The translations under genes were made by a program, and so were the position numbers. 64,000 nt of DNA from Harriotta raleighana (taxonomy: Eukaryota): assembly GCA_050575255.1 (NCBI GenBank), contig JBNZDD010013660.1:2090387-2154386 (forward strand), written 5' to 3'. Position 1 is the first letter of the stretch, and each line of letters opens with the position of its first letter. The notes under the pieces are model-generated. The model saw only the letters and a list, made by a program, of their open reading frames with translations, made no database searches and was not told the DNA's origin. This document shows positions 1 through 14,177 of this stretch, in pieces.

Positions 1-3000
1 TGGAATAGCAGGGACAGAAGGCTAAGTGGGAAGGAAAGGTGGCCATAAGTATGGCTGAAAAGGTATTCTTTGATAGCAGGAGGGAGAGTACAAGTCAAAG
101 GTCCAGCATCATGGCAATTTGGGGAGTGGAGATGGAATGGATGAAAACTCACAAATTGATGATGGGGTAGGCTGGGCTGGAGAAGTTAAATAACAACAAC
201 AACCACTTACATTTGTATACTGCCCCTCATGGAGAGTAGGATCCTGGAGCACTTGAAGCAGTTTGGTGTTTGCTGAACAGTGAGAGCAGCTGGGGTATTA
301 GTTCACAGTAGATCATAGATAAAGGATCATTAGGGGAGATAAAATGAGACATGGGGATAAAACAGTTGATTCTCACAATGAAATGCATCTAAATTGTTCA
401 ATTATGTTTACGACTCTGAGTACCATCATGTTTCATCAAGCTCAGCACATCCTCCACTTCCTAGACTTAAACCTCAAAGAAGACCTGATCATTTACCTCC
501 TATTTCTCCCAACAATTGAAGCTTCTAACTTGCACCATTATTCATTCACCCTATTCCCTGCTCTTCTACATTTCTAACTTTCTTTTTGAAATGTACACAG
601 TTTCATTCAATTCTTTTATACCATTGTCCTGTCCAAAGATCATGACATAAACTCTCAAACTAAACCAAGGTCCTTTTTTCCTGTTCAAATGGATGTTACA
701 TATCCATGGTATTATTTGAAAAGAGAAAGGAGTTTCTCTTGGTTTCCTAGCCAACAATCTCTCAAATAAAATTGGTCATTCACTTCCAGGTTTTTCGTGG
801 ATACTGTTGTGCATAAATTGGCTGCCACAGTCTCCCCCAAAATACATAGTCATATCACATTGCAGTACACTCTGTGATGCACTTTGACACATCTCAGTGT
901 TGTGACAATGTGCTGTGTGAAAAGGTGAATTATTATTATATATTGCATTCGTTCTTCTCAAGGTGCAATAGCTGAATGATGTCTCGTTGCCCTTAGATGG
1001 ATTTTGATGATATTGTTTCTTTCAATTTTCCAAGATATAAATTTATTTTTCTCTGATGAGTTACCATTCTTATCTTTGGTCACTCCATCCTTAATCCTTC
1101 TTTCTACTGACAATCTTCCTTTGTTATCTCCCCAATCTCAAATGGAATTTCATATATATGCTTCATTTCAAAACCTTTATGACAAATAATCAGTCTGCAC
1201 TCAGTAACTCTTAGCTCGCGAAAAGCTTGATTTCATGTTTGTTATTTTGTCTAAAACTGGAATNTAATCAGTCTGCACTCAGTAACTCTTAGCTCGCGAA
1301 AAGCTTGATTTCATCTTTGTTATTTTGTCTAAANCTGCTGTTAACTGAGCTTGTCTATCGCCTCTCTTGCATTCCAAGATACTGTACAAGGAAAAGTGTG
1401 TCTGTAAGGTGATCATTCTGCTCTCATCTCCAGCCTCCAACCTCTATTTTATCACTACTGCATTAGTGTACTTTCCTATGTATCCATCCTGTTCCCTGTG
1501 GTTAAAACTGAATTCCTCTATCATTATCGACTGAAATTCATTCACCTCAGCAGCACTGTGGAGTTGCTTATATCCTTCAGTCTCCTGTTCCTTCGCAATC
1601 AAAATACAGTAATTGTAATACTCAGGCTTGGCAACAGTTTCACCACTGTTTTTTTGTGTGTATCTTGACCTCCCCTTGACTGTTTGAACCCCTGTAGCTT
1701 TCTAAACTATCAAATGATCTAAAATGCAAAAGATTCTAAATGATCAAAGGTAAGGTTATTTTATTATCAATATTTATTTAAACTAGAAGCGTTGTCCTTT
1801 CACATCAGATTTTATTAAAGCGAAGCCCAAACTGCATTGTTTCAAAGCGCTCACAAAATATACTGTAAAGTCATTTGACAATGTTTATGTCCCATGGTTA
1901 TGATACAAATCAGCATACTGTACTAAACTTTTGCAGGAAAAAAAACACCAGGTTTGACATTTGTATAAATTCTGTTCAGCCAGCCAAAAAACTCATACTT
2001 TTTTTGCTGTCAGGTAACATGACATATCAACATCTGTGCAATTTAGTTAAACATAAAAAATAAGGTTTCTTCAGCCTGGAACAGTATGTTCTGACTGTGG
2101 TTTGAGTACATTGGGGTCTTGCTGGAGTTTAACCAGCTAAAAGTGCAAACTTGCAGCTTACCATTGTGAGCACTGTCTGGCAAGCTTCCTGTTCCTCGTT
2201 CAGCTAGGACCACCCTAGAGGGTTAGGACATTAGCAATCGTACAATTGATGTTAATGAAATAAAAGCTTCATTATGCTATCACTCTATCTGAATATACAC
2301 AAAGGCCCATTCAATTCAGGAAAATTGCATAAGGAGTGATGAAATCCCTGCTCTTCTAGGCCAAAAAAAATGTCATCTATTAGCCCAGAGACATCTGACC
2401 TACTGGACTCAGTTGCGAAAAGTGAACCCCAGGTTCTGGTTGGTGATTTATTTTCCTCAAGGTTCATCTTAAAAGTAGAGCCCCGAAAGCTGCTCCACTA
2501 AACCTAGGAAATGCCAATTTGCAGGCCTCTGAGGCAAACAAACCCTAGTTATGCAAAAATGAACAAAAACCAACCCTGGAGACCAATATATGGCCGAAAG
2601 TGATTTACAAAGCAGACCACTTTAAAATTGGAATAAATTTAAATGAATAAACTGTACTTCTTGTGCCCTGCCCTTCATCATCAGGTTGGACTTTCAGACC
2701 ATCTCTGGATGGTCTTCAGACAACTCTCTGGAGCTCCATTCCGGAGTCCCTCCAACTCGCTCCCTCCCTACTTCACTCAGGGTCTATCTGAAGACCTAAC
2801 TCTTTGACCGTACTTTCAGTCATCTCTTCCAACCCAGTTGCCACCCGCAGCTCGGGTGACCGGACAGGGCTGCAAAGTCTTTTGGGACATCTTCCCAATA
2901 TTAAAGATGCTCTATAAATGTCAATTTGTATTGTGTTGTAAAATACAATTGTGGCCTCAGCATAAAAACAAAATGGATGCGTTAGAGCCCAGAGTGGAGC

Positions 3001-3684
3001 TCACCACTTATCTGAAGAGGAGCACCACCTGCTGGTGTTCCCTAAAGTGTTTCTTAAATAAGAAACAGAACACATTTTAGAAATACCGCAATTTGTTACC
3101 CTGTTATTATTACTATTATTTTCCATGGACTAGTCAATGATAATGGGCACAGCTAGCAGGCTAATAGATTCCTGGAGATGCGCTAGTGATGGCCTAGAGG
3201 GGTACATTGTTCACCATTGCATGCTGATACTGATGGAAAACAATTAATGCATATAGAACATGCAGCCTTTGTAGATAGCATTTAACCTCTGACTTCTGTA
3301 TGTGTTGTGGTAAGGAGTAGGGAATAGATATATAGTTAAAAAAAGAGACACACTGTATTAAAGTAATCTATGGAGCCAGGGAATAGGACTTGATTAGGTC
3401 CTGGCTCATATGGAGATAAACATGACACAGCTACAACTGCAAGGATGGCAAAATAAGAAAAGTTATTCACATTTTCGATTAAAAGTAAAACATGAAATTG
3501 GAAATTACAGAGAAGAATGTCTACTATCTGTGATAGTGAAAATAGTTGAAAGTACAACAACAGCAGCATTGATATAGTGCCATATAGTGCCCATAACAAT
3601 AAGATGTACCAATTCTCATCTAAAGAGCATTCATCCAGTTTTAAACATCTGGAATTACATGAGGAGGAAACTATACCAATCAAT

Positions 3685-3900
3685 GAAGGCTATCCAGTAG
3701 ATATAATTTACTTGAAGATATTTGATCGCATCTCACTTCTGAGTCTTCTAAATTTAAATGATACTTTTACTATCTGTGTTAGAAATTGTCTTAGCCATAC
3801 GAAGTAGACGATAACGATAACTAGAATATATTCTGTCTAAAGGCAGTTGCTCCAGGCAAATCTGGGTCACATGCTGTTTAAAATATTGATTTTAAAAATG
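3685..3900 (+). mobile_element. Highly decayed CR1-type RT remnant
   Basis: EGYPVDIIYL-KIFD resembles the CR1 RT motif DEGxxVDVVYLDFxKAFD. Confidence 0.5.
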
Positions 3901-4211
3901 TAAGAGAATGTGGTAACATTTGTGATCTTTTTAAACTTTCTTTGTTAATTAAGTTTGTTAATTATCAATAGGTGGGGCCCTTCTTTCTGCATATGTCGAA
4001 TTGCGTTGTTACATTTACTCATCATTTTTCTTGTAGGAATATGTTTTAACTGTAAATTTTAATCCCTAGGATAACTATCAACTTTTTTTTATTGTTTAAT
4101 ATGTTGTCTGAATTCGATCATTTGAAGAAGGGAGAAATCCACATTCTCCCCCACCCGGAAATGACTCTCAAGCAATAAAAAGACCGAGATCCAGCCAATG
4201 CATAAAAAGAC

Positions 4212-4471
4212 TAATAATCCTTGCATTTGATATAGTGCTTTTCAAGTCATGTACACATCTCAAAGTGCTTCACAGAATATACTATAAAGTGGGGGCATCC
4301 AATTGTGCACACCAGTGTCCCACAAACCGTTGTGGATTCAAGTGACCAATTTATTATTATTTTTTTCCTTGAGGGATTATTTTCAGGCTGTAGGATATGA
4401 AAACTTGCTGAGAATCGTACCCAGGTCTCTCACGTGAGGCAAATGCTGTAACCACTGAGTGACAAGATTCC
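4212..4471 (-). mobile_element. tRNA-derived SINE, same family, more diverged
   Basis: Tail, core and head (CTCAGTGGTTACAGC...GGGTACGATTC) are recognisable. Confidence 0.8.
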
Positions 4472-5650
4472 TCTCCTGTAGGATTCTCTAGACTAGACAC
4501 TCTGGGCAGTATTTTAAGATGAGATAAATAATAATTGTGTAATATTTCAAGGGGTGTCCTATAGATCCACTAAATAAAATGAAGTTGCAACATTATCCCA
4601 TCAAATCTGTTATGAAATTGCTCTTTTACTGATGTAGCCAAAATTACATGGCGGAATTGATGGAATGTCCAAAAAGAGTTACAATGAGGAGGTCCTTTAT
4701 ACTTTAAACCTTAAACTTTTTGTTTAGGGTTACAGATGATTGCATTTAGATTTAGTGACCCATTATGAATATCTTCCAATTCTGTTCCATTTACATGACC
4801 TCCTCAATTCTAACTCCCAAATTAATCTGCTTTAATGATTTATTAGAGTCTCTTACTGTGATGGTAAATACTGAATGAAGTTTAAAATGAATTGTTGATA
4901 AAGTAATTGAAGCACAGAACATGGCACTGTCTCTGCTTACAACATTTATTTATATACCATGAAGAGTTCCAAATAAACATTCAACTGTCAGTCTATTAAT
5001 GGGTTTAATCTGCTAGGGTCACAAAAGAATTTGTAAACCGTGAATCTTTCTGTTGTCCAGATGTGTTGCTGTCCAGCTTTCTGGAATTTCAAAGTGTCAA
5101 CCTGAGAGACGCCTGAGTTACTGCAGAATTCAATAGTCACATTGTAAGCACAAAACTGTATTTTGACTCTGAACTCAAGCGAGGGGTGAAACAGGAGGGG
5201 AAATATGTGCTGAGTTCAGGAAGCAGATGGAATAGAGAAGGCAGCAGACCTAACAAATAATTAAAGATCAGATAAGAATTCATCCTCCCTCCTCATAGGC
5301 CAATAAGGGAATGAGTACAGGCAACTAAGCAAACCATTAGTGTTGACCGTGGCTAAAATGCATCACAAGGGTCCATGGGCGACTCGTGCTGTGATAATGA
5401 ATGACCAATCAATGTCAAGTGAAGCAATTCTGGTTTAAAGGATGGTTGTGATGGAGTAAATGTGACTAAAAGAACATCTAAAAGAAAGGCTAAACTGCAA
5501 TTGAGAAACATACTCCATTGTAAGAGACCGTGACAAGAAGGAGATTGTCCATCGACATTGGACTTGCTAATTCTACAGTCCAGAACTCTCTCTCAGAGTA
5601 GGTAACTGAACTCCACTGGACTCCAAGCAGTATGTCGCCATTATTTAATG

Positions 5651-5960
5651 ATAAGAATAATAATCCTTTCATTTGATATAGTGCTTTTCATATCTTCTAG
5701 ACGTCTCAAAGTGCTTCACAGAATATACTGTAAAGTGAATTGACTGTACATATACTTGTGGGTAAAATGAAGCAGCCAATTGTGCACAACAATGTCCCAC
5801 AAACAGTCATGGATTGAAATGATGATTTTTTTTTATTGTGAGGGATTATTATCAGGCGTTTGGAGTAAGAAAACTTGCCCAACGTTTCATCCTCTTGGAA
5901 TTGAACCCAGGTCTCTCGCTTGAAAGACAAGTGCTCTCACCGCTGAGCTATGGGACTCCA
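5651..5960 (-). mobile_element. tRNA-derived SINE, same family
   Basis: Head with A/B boxes (TAGCTCAGCGG, GTTCAATTCC), Deu-like core and TATATCAAATG..GGATTATT tail. Confidence 0.88.
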
Positions 5961-8900
5961 CAATATACAGTATAACTACATATATAACAATGGAATTGTC
6001 ACTTTAGCTTTAGACAACGAACCATTTGATTTGTGTACTTGAGAAACCTTGAGTCTTTGCGTTACAGCAAGAAATGTATTTACAACATATTTACAGAAAG
6101 TTGGCTCAGTTGGTTCACTCTGAGTCAGAGGATGTAGGTTCAAGGCTATCATTGGGAATTTGAATTAATTCTGACACTTCAGTAAAGTTCTGGAGGTATA
6201 CTTCATTGTTCAGCTGAGATGCTAAACTGAGGTCCCAGAGGCAGATATAAAAAATTCTATGGCAATGCTCAAAAAGAGAACGGTCACAGGTTAAAAAGTT
6301 TATCATCTGTGAACACTTTTCAAAGAAAAAAAAACTGCCAAGTAAATGTGGTAATGCGTGGAATTTGACAGGGTTTGTTAAATTACTAAAGTACTGGTGA
6401 ACCATTCCACAGTCGATAGATAGCACAACAATGAAATCTGTTTTCAAAAGTTAGAAGTACAAGATGAGAAAAAAATTGCCTTTTTCAGAACAGGTCGTCA
6501 CTGTATTAAACATATTTGATTAATCAATGAAGATTTGTTGTGTTTAAAAGGCTGATGAGTTAAACTATGAAAGTGTCAATGAGAGGACAAGTGTAATTAC
6601 TTGAGGATGAGTGACTTGGCATTAGATCTCTTTGGACTGACAAAGAGAGATGAAAGTATAGTGCAGTTAATTGCTTGAGGGTTTTAACCATAACCAAACA
6701 AGATGCTTCAAAATCAGTAACTATCTTCAGGCATAATTGTTTCTGTGCCACAGGAGATAGCCACATGATGTCTGTGAGAATTGTTAGGATCTCTTACTTG
6801 CTGAGATCAATTACCACCTTCCTTCTCAAATGATGTCAGAAATCCGTTACGAAGCCTTCATATTTTTACCCTGAAGCAGAGACTTTAAGTAGATAAGGCT
6901 AGACTGTCTACAAAGTAGCCTGATCACAAATTTCCCAAATTCTTTGCAAGGAATGTGTAAGAGCTGCCGTCATCGGCAGTTCCAATAAACTTATTCATAA
7001 TCATCTTCTCAAGATTGTGATGTCCATTTTCAGCAATACAGTACATTGAAATTCTACTGATTAGAAACTTAATTTAACAGTAACATTTATTCAATAAACT
7101 GAACTATTCATCTTATTCATTTTGTGATGGGTCTCCAAGCATCTTGCCATTTAATAAAAATCCTTGTATAGTATTTGATATAGCACCTTGCTATATCATT
7201 GAAATATCTCAAAGCATTTCACAGGATTTACAATAAAGTGTAGTGACAAGAGAATGTGACATTCAATGTGCACACGGCAATGTCTCACAAGCAGTCATTA
7301 AGTGAGTGATCAATTTTATCTGGGGGATTGTTGACAATTTGGTTTAAATTGAACTTGGACAGAATGGCCAATAGGAAACTAATATTAAGCAGCTGTGTTG
7401 ATATTACATATCACAACACAAGCATGCCTATGACTCATTGGATAATACAGTATTCAGAAGAAGAAAACATCACTGATATTTTACCGTACCTAGGGCAAGG
7501 CCCATTTTAGCTATTCTTCTCAGTGTACTGCAATTGATGCTATCAGTTAGTGATACTTTTGTTGCATGTGTTATTACTATTAAACATTCTGAACACCCGA
7601 ACAGTCAGTTTCACAGAGGTTATAAAATGTTTTGAAGAAAGAAGAAAGATGTAAGAAAAAATAGATATTTTACATGTCAACTGAAAAAGTGCAGTTGACC
7701 CTTCAACCTTATTCCTTTGGGATGTTGCGGATGATTCATCCTAGTCTAAGCATTCCACCAAATGGTTGAACTTCCTGAGATAAGTAAAAACACTTCTTAC
7801 AAGATATGATTTTTTTTCTCTCTCCCTCTGTGAATCCTAAAGGCAATCCAGTGAAAATGGTGAATATCAATCAAACACTGCAGCCTACGTTATTTGTACC
7901 AAAGACTTTGAAGCTGATATGATTGTTAGCACCTGACAAAGCATAATCAGGTCTCACATGGTTGTTAAGAAGTTCAGAGAACATAAGAAGCCAGAAACTC
8001 TTCAAATAGAACTAACATCTCCCGCCATTCGGGACAGCTGAGGAAAGCTGACCAGTCGCATTGCTATCTCAGGAAACAGGACACACAGAACAGCACAGCA
8101 GGTCTAACCGCATCAGGCATTATTGTTTTGGCTGACCCTTTATCACAGCTAAATCAAATGAGTAAACGAAATTGGGGAGTCTAATAGGACTAATATGTTT
8201 ATCTCTCACTCAGATACTGATAAATCTGTTCTTTCCTTTCAGCATTTAATTTCCTCCACAGTCACTACATGTTCCGATATATCCTGTGAAACACTTTTAG
8301 ACACTCCTTTAGCATGAAAGATGCTATATCTCATGTCCGGATTCCTATTTTTATCATAGCCTGAAAATTCCACCTGAAATTCCACCTGTTAAAATCAGTT
8401 TGTCTTTAAATTTTACATTGCACAAAGTTGTGAAAAAAAATCTAAAACATGGTTTTAATTTGGAAGTTACATCTATTTAAGGATTGGCGGAAAAGTAGGT
8501 TCCAAATTAAGATCCAATTTAAGAATCTTTCACAATTCTGCCTAGTCTTGCCTAGCGGGTCAGGCATGATTATCATTGATGCGATCACATCTCGCAAGTT
8601 CCACCACTTTTATTTGCAAATTTATATCACATATTATTTAATAAAGTATCTTTGAATTGATGAAGCTCAAGATTTGAATGTAAAGCAATAATTTTGTTAT
8701 TTGATATCATGAATACCAATTTGTGGTAAAACATTCCACCTATGAACAGCTCTCTGTGTAAACCAATATCCACCTCATTATTTCTCTAGTACAGTACTAT
8801 GGTTGTACACAGTACGTATTTCCAGAGTATTTTAAATAGATTGTCCAGCACTACAAAATGGAATTTGGCTAGTATGTACCGTGTATATAGCTGGCATGAA

Positions 8901-10486
8901 CCTCCATACATTTTAATTACCTTGACCTTGTAATTTGTTGATAAATTTACTGAAGCAATAAGATCCACTTACATGAAGCATTCAGATTTAGTAAGTTGCA
9001 TTTGAAAATTGGTAGAATTATTGTAATAGAATTTTTGATTCTGTTTTAAACTACTTGCTTCAGTTTCCCAGCCACAAGCACATGCACGCAAATTACAGTG
9101 CATTCACACAATTGTATTGTGATTTCCGCATTGATTTGTCACCAAATATGCGGTATAAATGTGGGTGAATTGTAGTGGTCTTGCTCCTGAAGGAGGTTGC
9201 AGGAGCATGGTGAGTTGCAATACAATTGAGACAGGTCTGAATCAAATTGGGTTTAATCTTCTGTGCTCTATCAACAGAAGTTGTATGGATCACATGATTG
9301 TGTGACTGGCAAGTAAAAGTTCAACAGTAAAAGATGGAAACACAGATTTTGATGTTCTGCACACGTACAAAATTCCAAAATCAGTACTAACCCAATGTGA
9401 TGCAGAACATGAAGTATAGGTGGGGTTTCTTGCTCCACAGCTATACTGACTGACATAAGCATTTAAATAACAATGTTTCTCATATGCATATGATTTGTTT
9501 GGTAACAGTAATCAATTCATGCAGCTCCTTGATGACACTAAGGCAAAGAATGACCCCGTGCTCAATGAGCCTCCACTCGTTTTATATTTTTCTAACTCGT
9601 CCCCTTTGCAATGAATCACTTCATACCATTTCCCTCCATTTCCAATCTCCTCCCCTTCCAATGTATCACTTGGATCCCGTTCCAAGACCCACGTGACCTT
9701 TTCCTGCCTTTTCTGTTGCATCACGTACCCAGCTTACACTCACCCAGCTCATGAATTTATTATCAAGAAATGGCTGTATCGCATTAAAATTATGTTCTAG
9801 TCCCTAGATCATCATTGCGCTGAAAACAAGTGACTTAAACAAATTCTACGTACACTATTTGGAGTGAATATCATTAGAAAGAAACAGAGCATTCATTAAA
9901 ACAAGATGACCATGACAATCCAAATACATTAATGTGTGTTCCAATACATCAGATCTTTTAGGTGAAGATGTTTCACGTGCATTTTATTACTCAGGCTCCA
10001 TTCCTTAGAGAAATTAGAATCCTTAGAATCCTGCCGCGATTCCCCTACAAGTATATAGTTTAATTCACTTTACAATATGTTTTGTGAAGTGCTTTCAGAT
10101 GTTCAGAAGACATGAAAAGCCCTATATCAAATGCAAGGATTATTGTTATTATTATCTCCATATATTAACAATGGTATAGTTGGGATAAAGCAGTGGTGGT
10201 GAGTTCCTGGCAAATAGAGCCAGGAATTTGTCCCCTTGGGTTTGTACAGAAAGAGCTTCAGATCTTGTCTGTATATTCAAAGCAGAACTATTACGTGCAG
10301 ACTAGATGCATTCTGACAAGCAGGAAGGGTGAGTGGATGACCCTGGGCTACTCTGGTACAAGTTCCTTTGGCTGATGCTTAGTAGAGCTTGTGTCTTTGT
10401 TTCTCTGCCAGAGAGCAGTGCCTCATGCAAGAAGATTAAAAAGGAAAGAAAAACATTTAAAAATAGAATGACCAAATACCTCTGTA

Positions 10487-11052
10487 CAGTAAAAGCCCAT
10501 TTATCCGTGACTCGATGAACTGGAAATTGCTTATAACCGGCACGTGAAAAAAAAAGTTCCCGATTAACCGGAAGTTATCCAGCACAATAGCGGTGACTAT
10601 TCATTTAATGAATGCGATGGGGCATTTAAATTAAATTGCAGGCTCTACGATCAGCAAGCCAAATGTACAGATATTTCGGCTTGCCGTTAGTTGAGCCTGC
10701 TGGTTTTTTTTAAAGTTGCGCTGCCGTTTTTTTTCCTCCCTTGGCGGCCGCCATTGTAGAAGTTAAGAATAAACAATAAAGTACCAATACTATATACTGT
10801 TATTACAGTATCTGTTATTACTGTATTTAGTCTATTATTTACATGGTAGTGTACAACATTTGCAATAAAGTATCCATACAATATTCTATTATTATTTGTT
10901 ATTATTTAGTCTATTATTAATATGGTACATGTTAAAATAAGTAAAAGAAATTTGTATTGGGTTTTCAGCATTGGATTCGACCTTTTAACCGGCAAGCCAT
11001 TTAACCGGCATTGGCCAGGTCCCGTGGATGCCGGATAAACAGGCTTTTACTG
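10487..11052. mobile_element. Tc1/mariner (Tigger-like) MITE, family A
   Basis: TA-flanked; TIRs CAGTAAAAGCCCATTTATCCG / CAGTAAAAGCCTGTTTATCCG; no coding capacity. Confidence 0.9.
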
Positions 11053-11212
11053 TATGTTTATTTTGAAATAGAACAAAGCAATAAAAGTCAATCAATCCTA
11101 ATAAATATAAACTGTTTTGTTGAGAAATAAATAAGTAGACCATTTCTTGATAATAAATTCATATAATTGTAACTTCTACAGGAGATAAAGTTAATTAATA
11201 CCAGAACAATTT

Positions 11213-11400
11213 ATAAGAACATAAGAATAAGGAGCAGGAGTAGGCCATTCGGCCCCTCGAGCCTGCCCCATGGCTGATATTCTAATCTAACTCCACCTGC
11301 CTGCCTTATCCCCATATCCCTTAATTCCTTTATTCATAAGAAATTATCAATTTCAGTCTTGAATATGTACAAGGATTGAACATCTGAGCATTGTGGAGAC
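11213..11400 (-). mobile_element. CR1 LINE 3' fragment
   Basis: Tail (TTCTTATG)n and GAATGGCCTACTCCTGCTCC; ..IFKTEIDNFL ORF2 C-terminus. Confidence 0.8.
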
Positions 11401-12303
11401 TGAGACTCTGAGACATCTGAGACTGTCTGTGGACTCATATTCTTTTTATAAAAAAATGCCTTTACATTTAATTTCAAATAATAGTAGAAATCTACTAATA
11501 ATAAATAGAATAATAGCAATCCTTGCATTTAAATGTAGCTCCTTATCACATCATCAAAATGCCTCAGTCCATTTTACCTGATTATCACTGTGAAGTGCAA
11601 TGACTGTATTTGTAGGTGAATGCAGCAGCCAATTTGGGCACTGCAAAATCCTACAAGCAGTCTTGAAATAAATGATCAATTTTCTTTTGGGAGATTATTG
11701 GCCAGAACAATAGAAGAAACTTTATAATGCTATGGCATTTTTGATGTCCACCTGATTAGACAAAACTGGAGCTCGGTTTAAGTCCCATCTGAAGGGCCAA
11801 CAATGCAGCATAATATCGCCACTGCACTGTCAGCCTAGACTGTGAATTCAAATCAAGTGATGATGCAGATTATGCTTGGGGGAGGAAGTGAGGAGGGAGA
11901 GGAGAGTAAGAAGTATGCGTGGTCTCTTTTGGGCTGGAAATCCAAGATGATAATGATGATGAATCAATTGGAAAATTGGAGCGAATGCTAAGGAGTGAAG
12001 AGTGGGGAATTGTCAGTCAGTTTATTACAACTGATTTAGGGCGAAACTAGAAGTGCAAGTACAAACAAAATACTGCTAATTGATACATAAATGAAAATCA
12101 CTACTATAAGGAATACTTAAGGAATACTGCACGTTTTACCGCACTGAATCTTCCAATGGTATTAGAGAATTAATAAAAATACAATAGTTGCATTTTATTC
12201 AGTGTCTTATCCACAATGTGGAACTACTGCAGAGTGCTTCACAGTGTAGTTGCTGTGTTTTGTAAGCAAAGATGGCCTAAAACGTAAGCTCTGATCATAG
12301 AGT

Positions 12304-12374
12304 GATATTTTCCCTCATTTGTTTTTGTTTCAGTGTTATAAGAGACATTTTCCCTCATTTGTTATTGTTTCAGT
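12304..12374 (+). repeat. Local tandem duplication (40-nt period, about 31 nt matched)
   Basis: GA(T/C)ATTTTCCCTCATTTGTT(T/A)TTGTTTCAGT occurs twice. Confidence 0.85.
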
Positions 12375-12569
12375 AGAGAAATATATCTGTGTTAAAATAT
12401 TGAAATAAAGCAGACAATTGGCTAGAATACTAATTGTCCACAAAAATACAGCCAATTCATTTTACAATATACTGTATACTGTGAAGCAATTTGGAACATT
12501 TCAAAGCCATGAAAAGTGCTATATCAAATGCAAGGATTATTATTATTTTCATTATTATTTTCATTTTTG

Positions 12570-12705
12570 GGGAGGTCATGTTTGCAGGGCTCTAGGGAGA
12601 GTGAGGAGGAGTAGGATTGATATGATAGCTCTTTTTAAAGAGCCTGCAAAGACACAATGGGCCAAATGACCTCCTTCTGTGCTGTATAATTCTATGATTG
12701 TATGA
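12570..12705 (+). mobile_element. CR1 LINE 3' UTR fragment
   Basis: GGGCCAAATGACCTCCTTCTGTGCTGTATAATTCTATGATT end. Confidence 0.75.
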
Positions 12706-14177
12706 AATCTTTTCCAGAGATGCACATCATATGGACAGGATTCTTCATTGTTTCCTTTACTTTATAAAGGATAAAAAACAGATTGACTTTTCATCCGACT
12801 TCCTGTCAATAAATCATGTGTTCATTTTGTGTACAGGAGCATCTGATATTTCTTAAAACCTCAATTTCTATCAGATGCTGTAAGTCATTCAATGAGTGCA
12901 TATGACAATCCCAAGATTCACAACAGCTTACACTCGCCAATGGTTATCTCAAATGAACTCTGACTATTCGTAACAACATATGAAGTAAAAGAGTCTGTAG
13001 GAAGATTCTTCTTTAAGAATTAAGAGTGTAGAATGAATGTTTTACCTAAGAAAATAGAATAAAGACTTGAGAAAATATAGCATGACATATTTAATCGACT
13101 GACGGAAAGTTCTGTGTAAATTCAGCGTTATATATCCTTTGTCGAAAGCTACCCTCATGTTTTTTCCCCGCAAATACACGTTCAACAAAAATACAGAAAT
13201 ATTCCATCGGTTGTGTTTTAATTCACTATTTATAATTAATGGTTTTAAAAGAAAACATAAAATGAATACTAATGTGAAATAAGCAGCAGTTTATATATGA
13301 CTCCCTGGTTGAAATCAATTAAATACATAATATCCAAAGATTATGCATGACATTACAAAAACACATCTTTGTTTTCTTTAGTGGCATATATTGATTATGT
13401 TGTAAAAAATTAAACGTAGACCTTTTTATTTATAGCTTGGAGCAATTTCATCCTGGGGTAGAATGAATGCCAAATGTAATGTGATGCAGCACATCTTTTT
13501 GTAAAAAAAATACTCCCAAAGGAATCATCCTTTTACAGAATGGAACTGCTGAAATATTTAGTTATCCTGTTGCATAAGGCTATGTAGAGGTAGGGGATGC
13601 AATATTTATTTGCATGGGGAATTGAACTTGAGCTAAATATATCCTAAACAACATTAAGTCCCTGGAAAATTGAACAACAACAACAAATTGCAATTGTATA
13701 GCAACTTTCACATCAGGAGGACAGCTTGAGATGGTGGACAGTAAAGGGTTTGCATCCAAATTAGGGATTGAAGTCAGGAGGGGTGGAGGGCATGGGATTA
13801 AGGGGGTGGGAGAATGATGGTCAAAGAGGAAGGCCAGGTGGAAGGACTCTGGGATTGAGTTGAAGAGGGTGGGGACAAAACTAACAACAGCAATTTACAC
13901 TAATATAGATTTATATATACTGTAGATTTATATACTCCTACACACTGAGTAGCATTCCAGAGTGCCAAAAAGGCTGAAGGCATGACTGCTGATGGTGGGG
14001 CTGGAGGGTGTGGTACATAGAGAAGACCAATGTCTGTCAAGAGGAGGAGCAGGCAAGTTGGTAATGGTTTAGTAGGTTGTAGAGGTAAGGTAAGATCAAG
14101 GAGGGCTTTAAAAGTGAGAGCATGTATCTTGAATGCAACCCTTTGCGGTTGGGGAGTCAGTGAACTCAGTGGAGGAT

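Noticed and set aside
776-961. ORF containing MTMYFGG, resembling the ZNF385D N-terminus MRNIMYFGG
   Set aside because: It derives from a SINE core/tail fragment, lies downstream of exon 2 and has no donor site. The true first exon is at 60219-60240.
1187-1334. Tandem duplication of about 70 nt
   Set aside because: The copies are separated and bounded by single Ns (1264, 1334), which indicates a contig-overlap or haplotype artefact.
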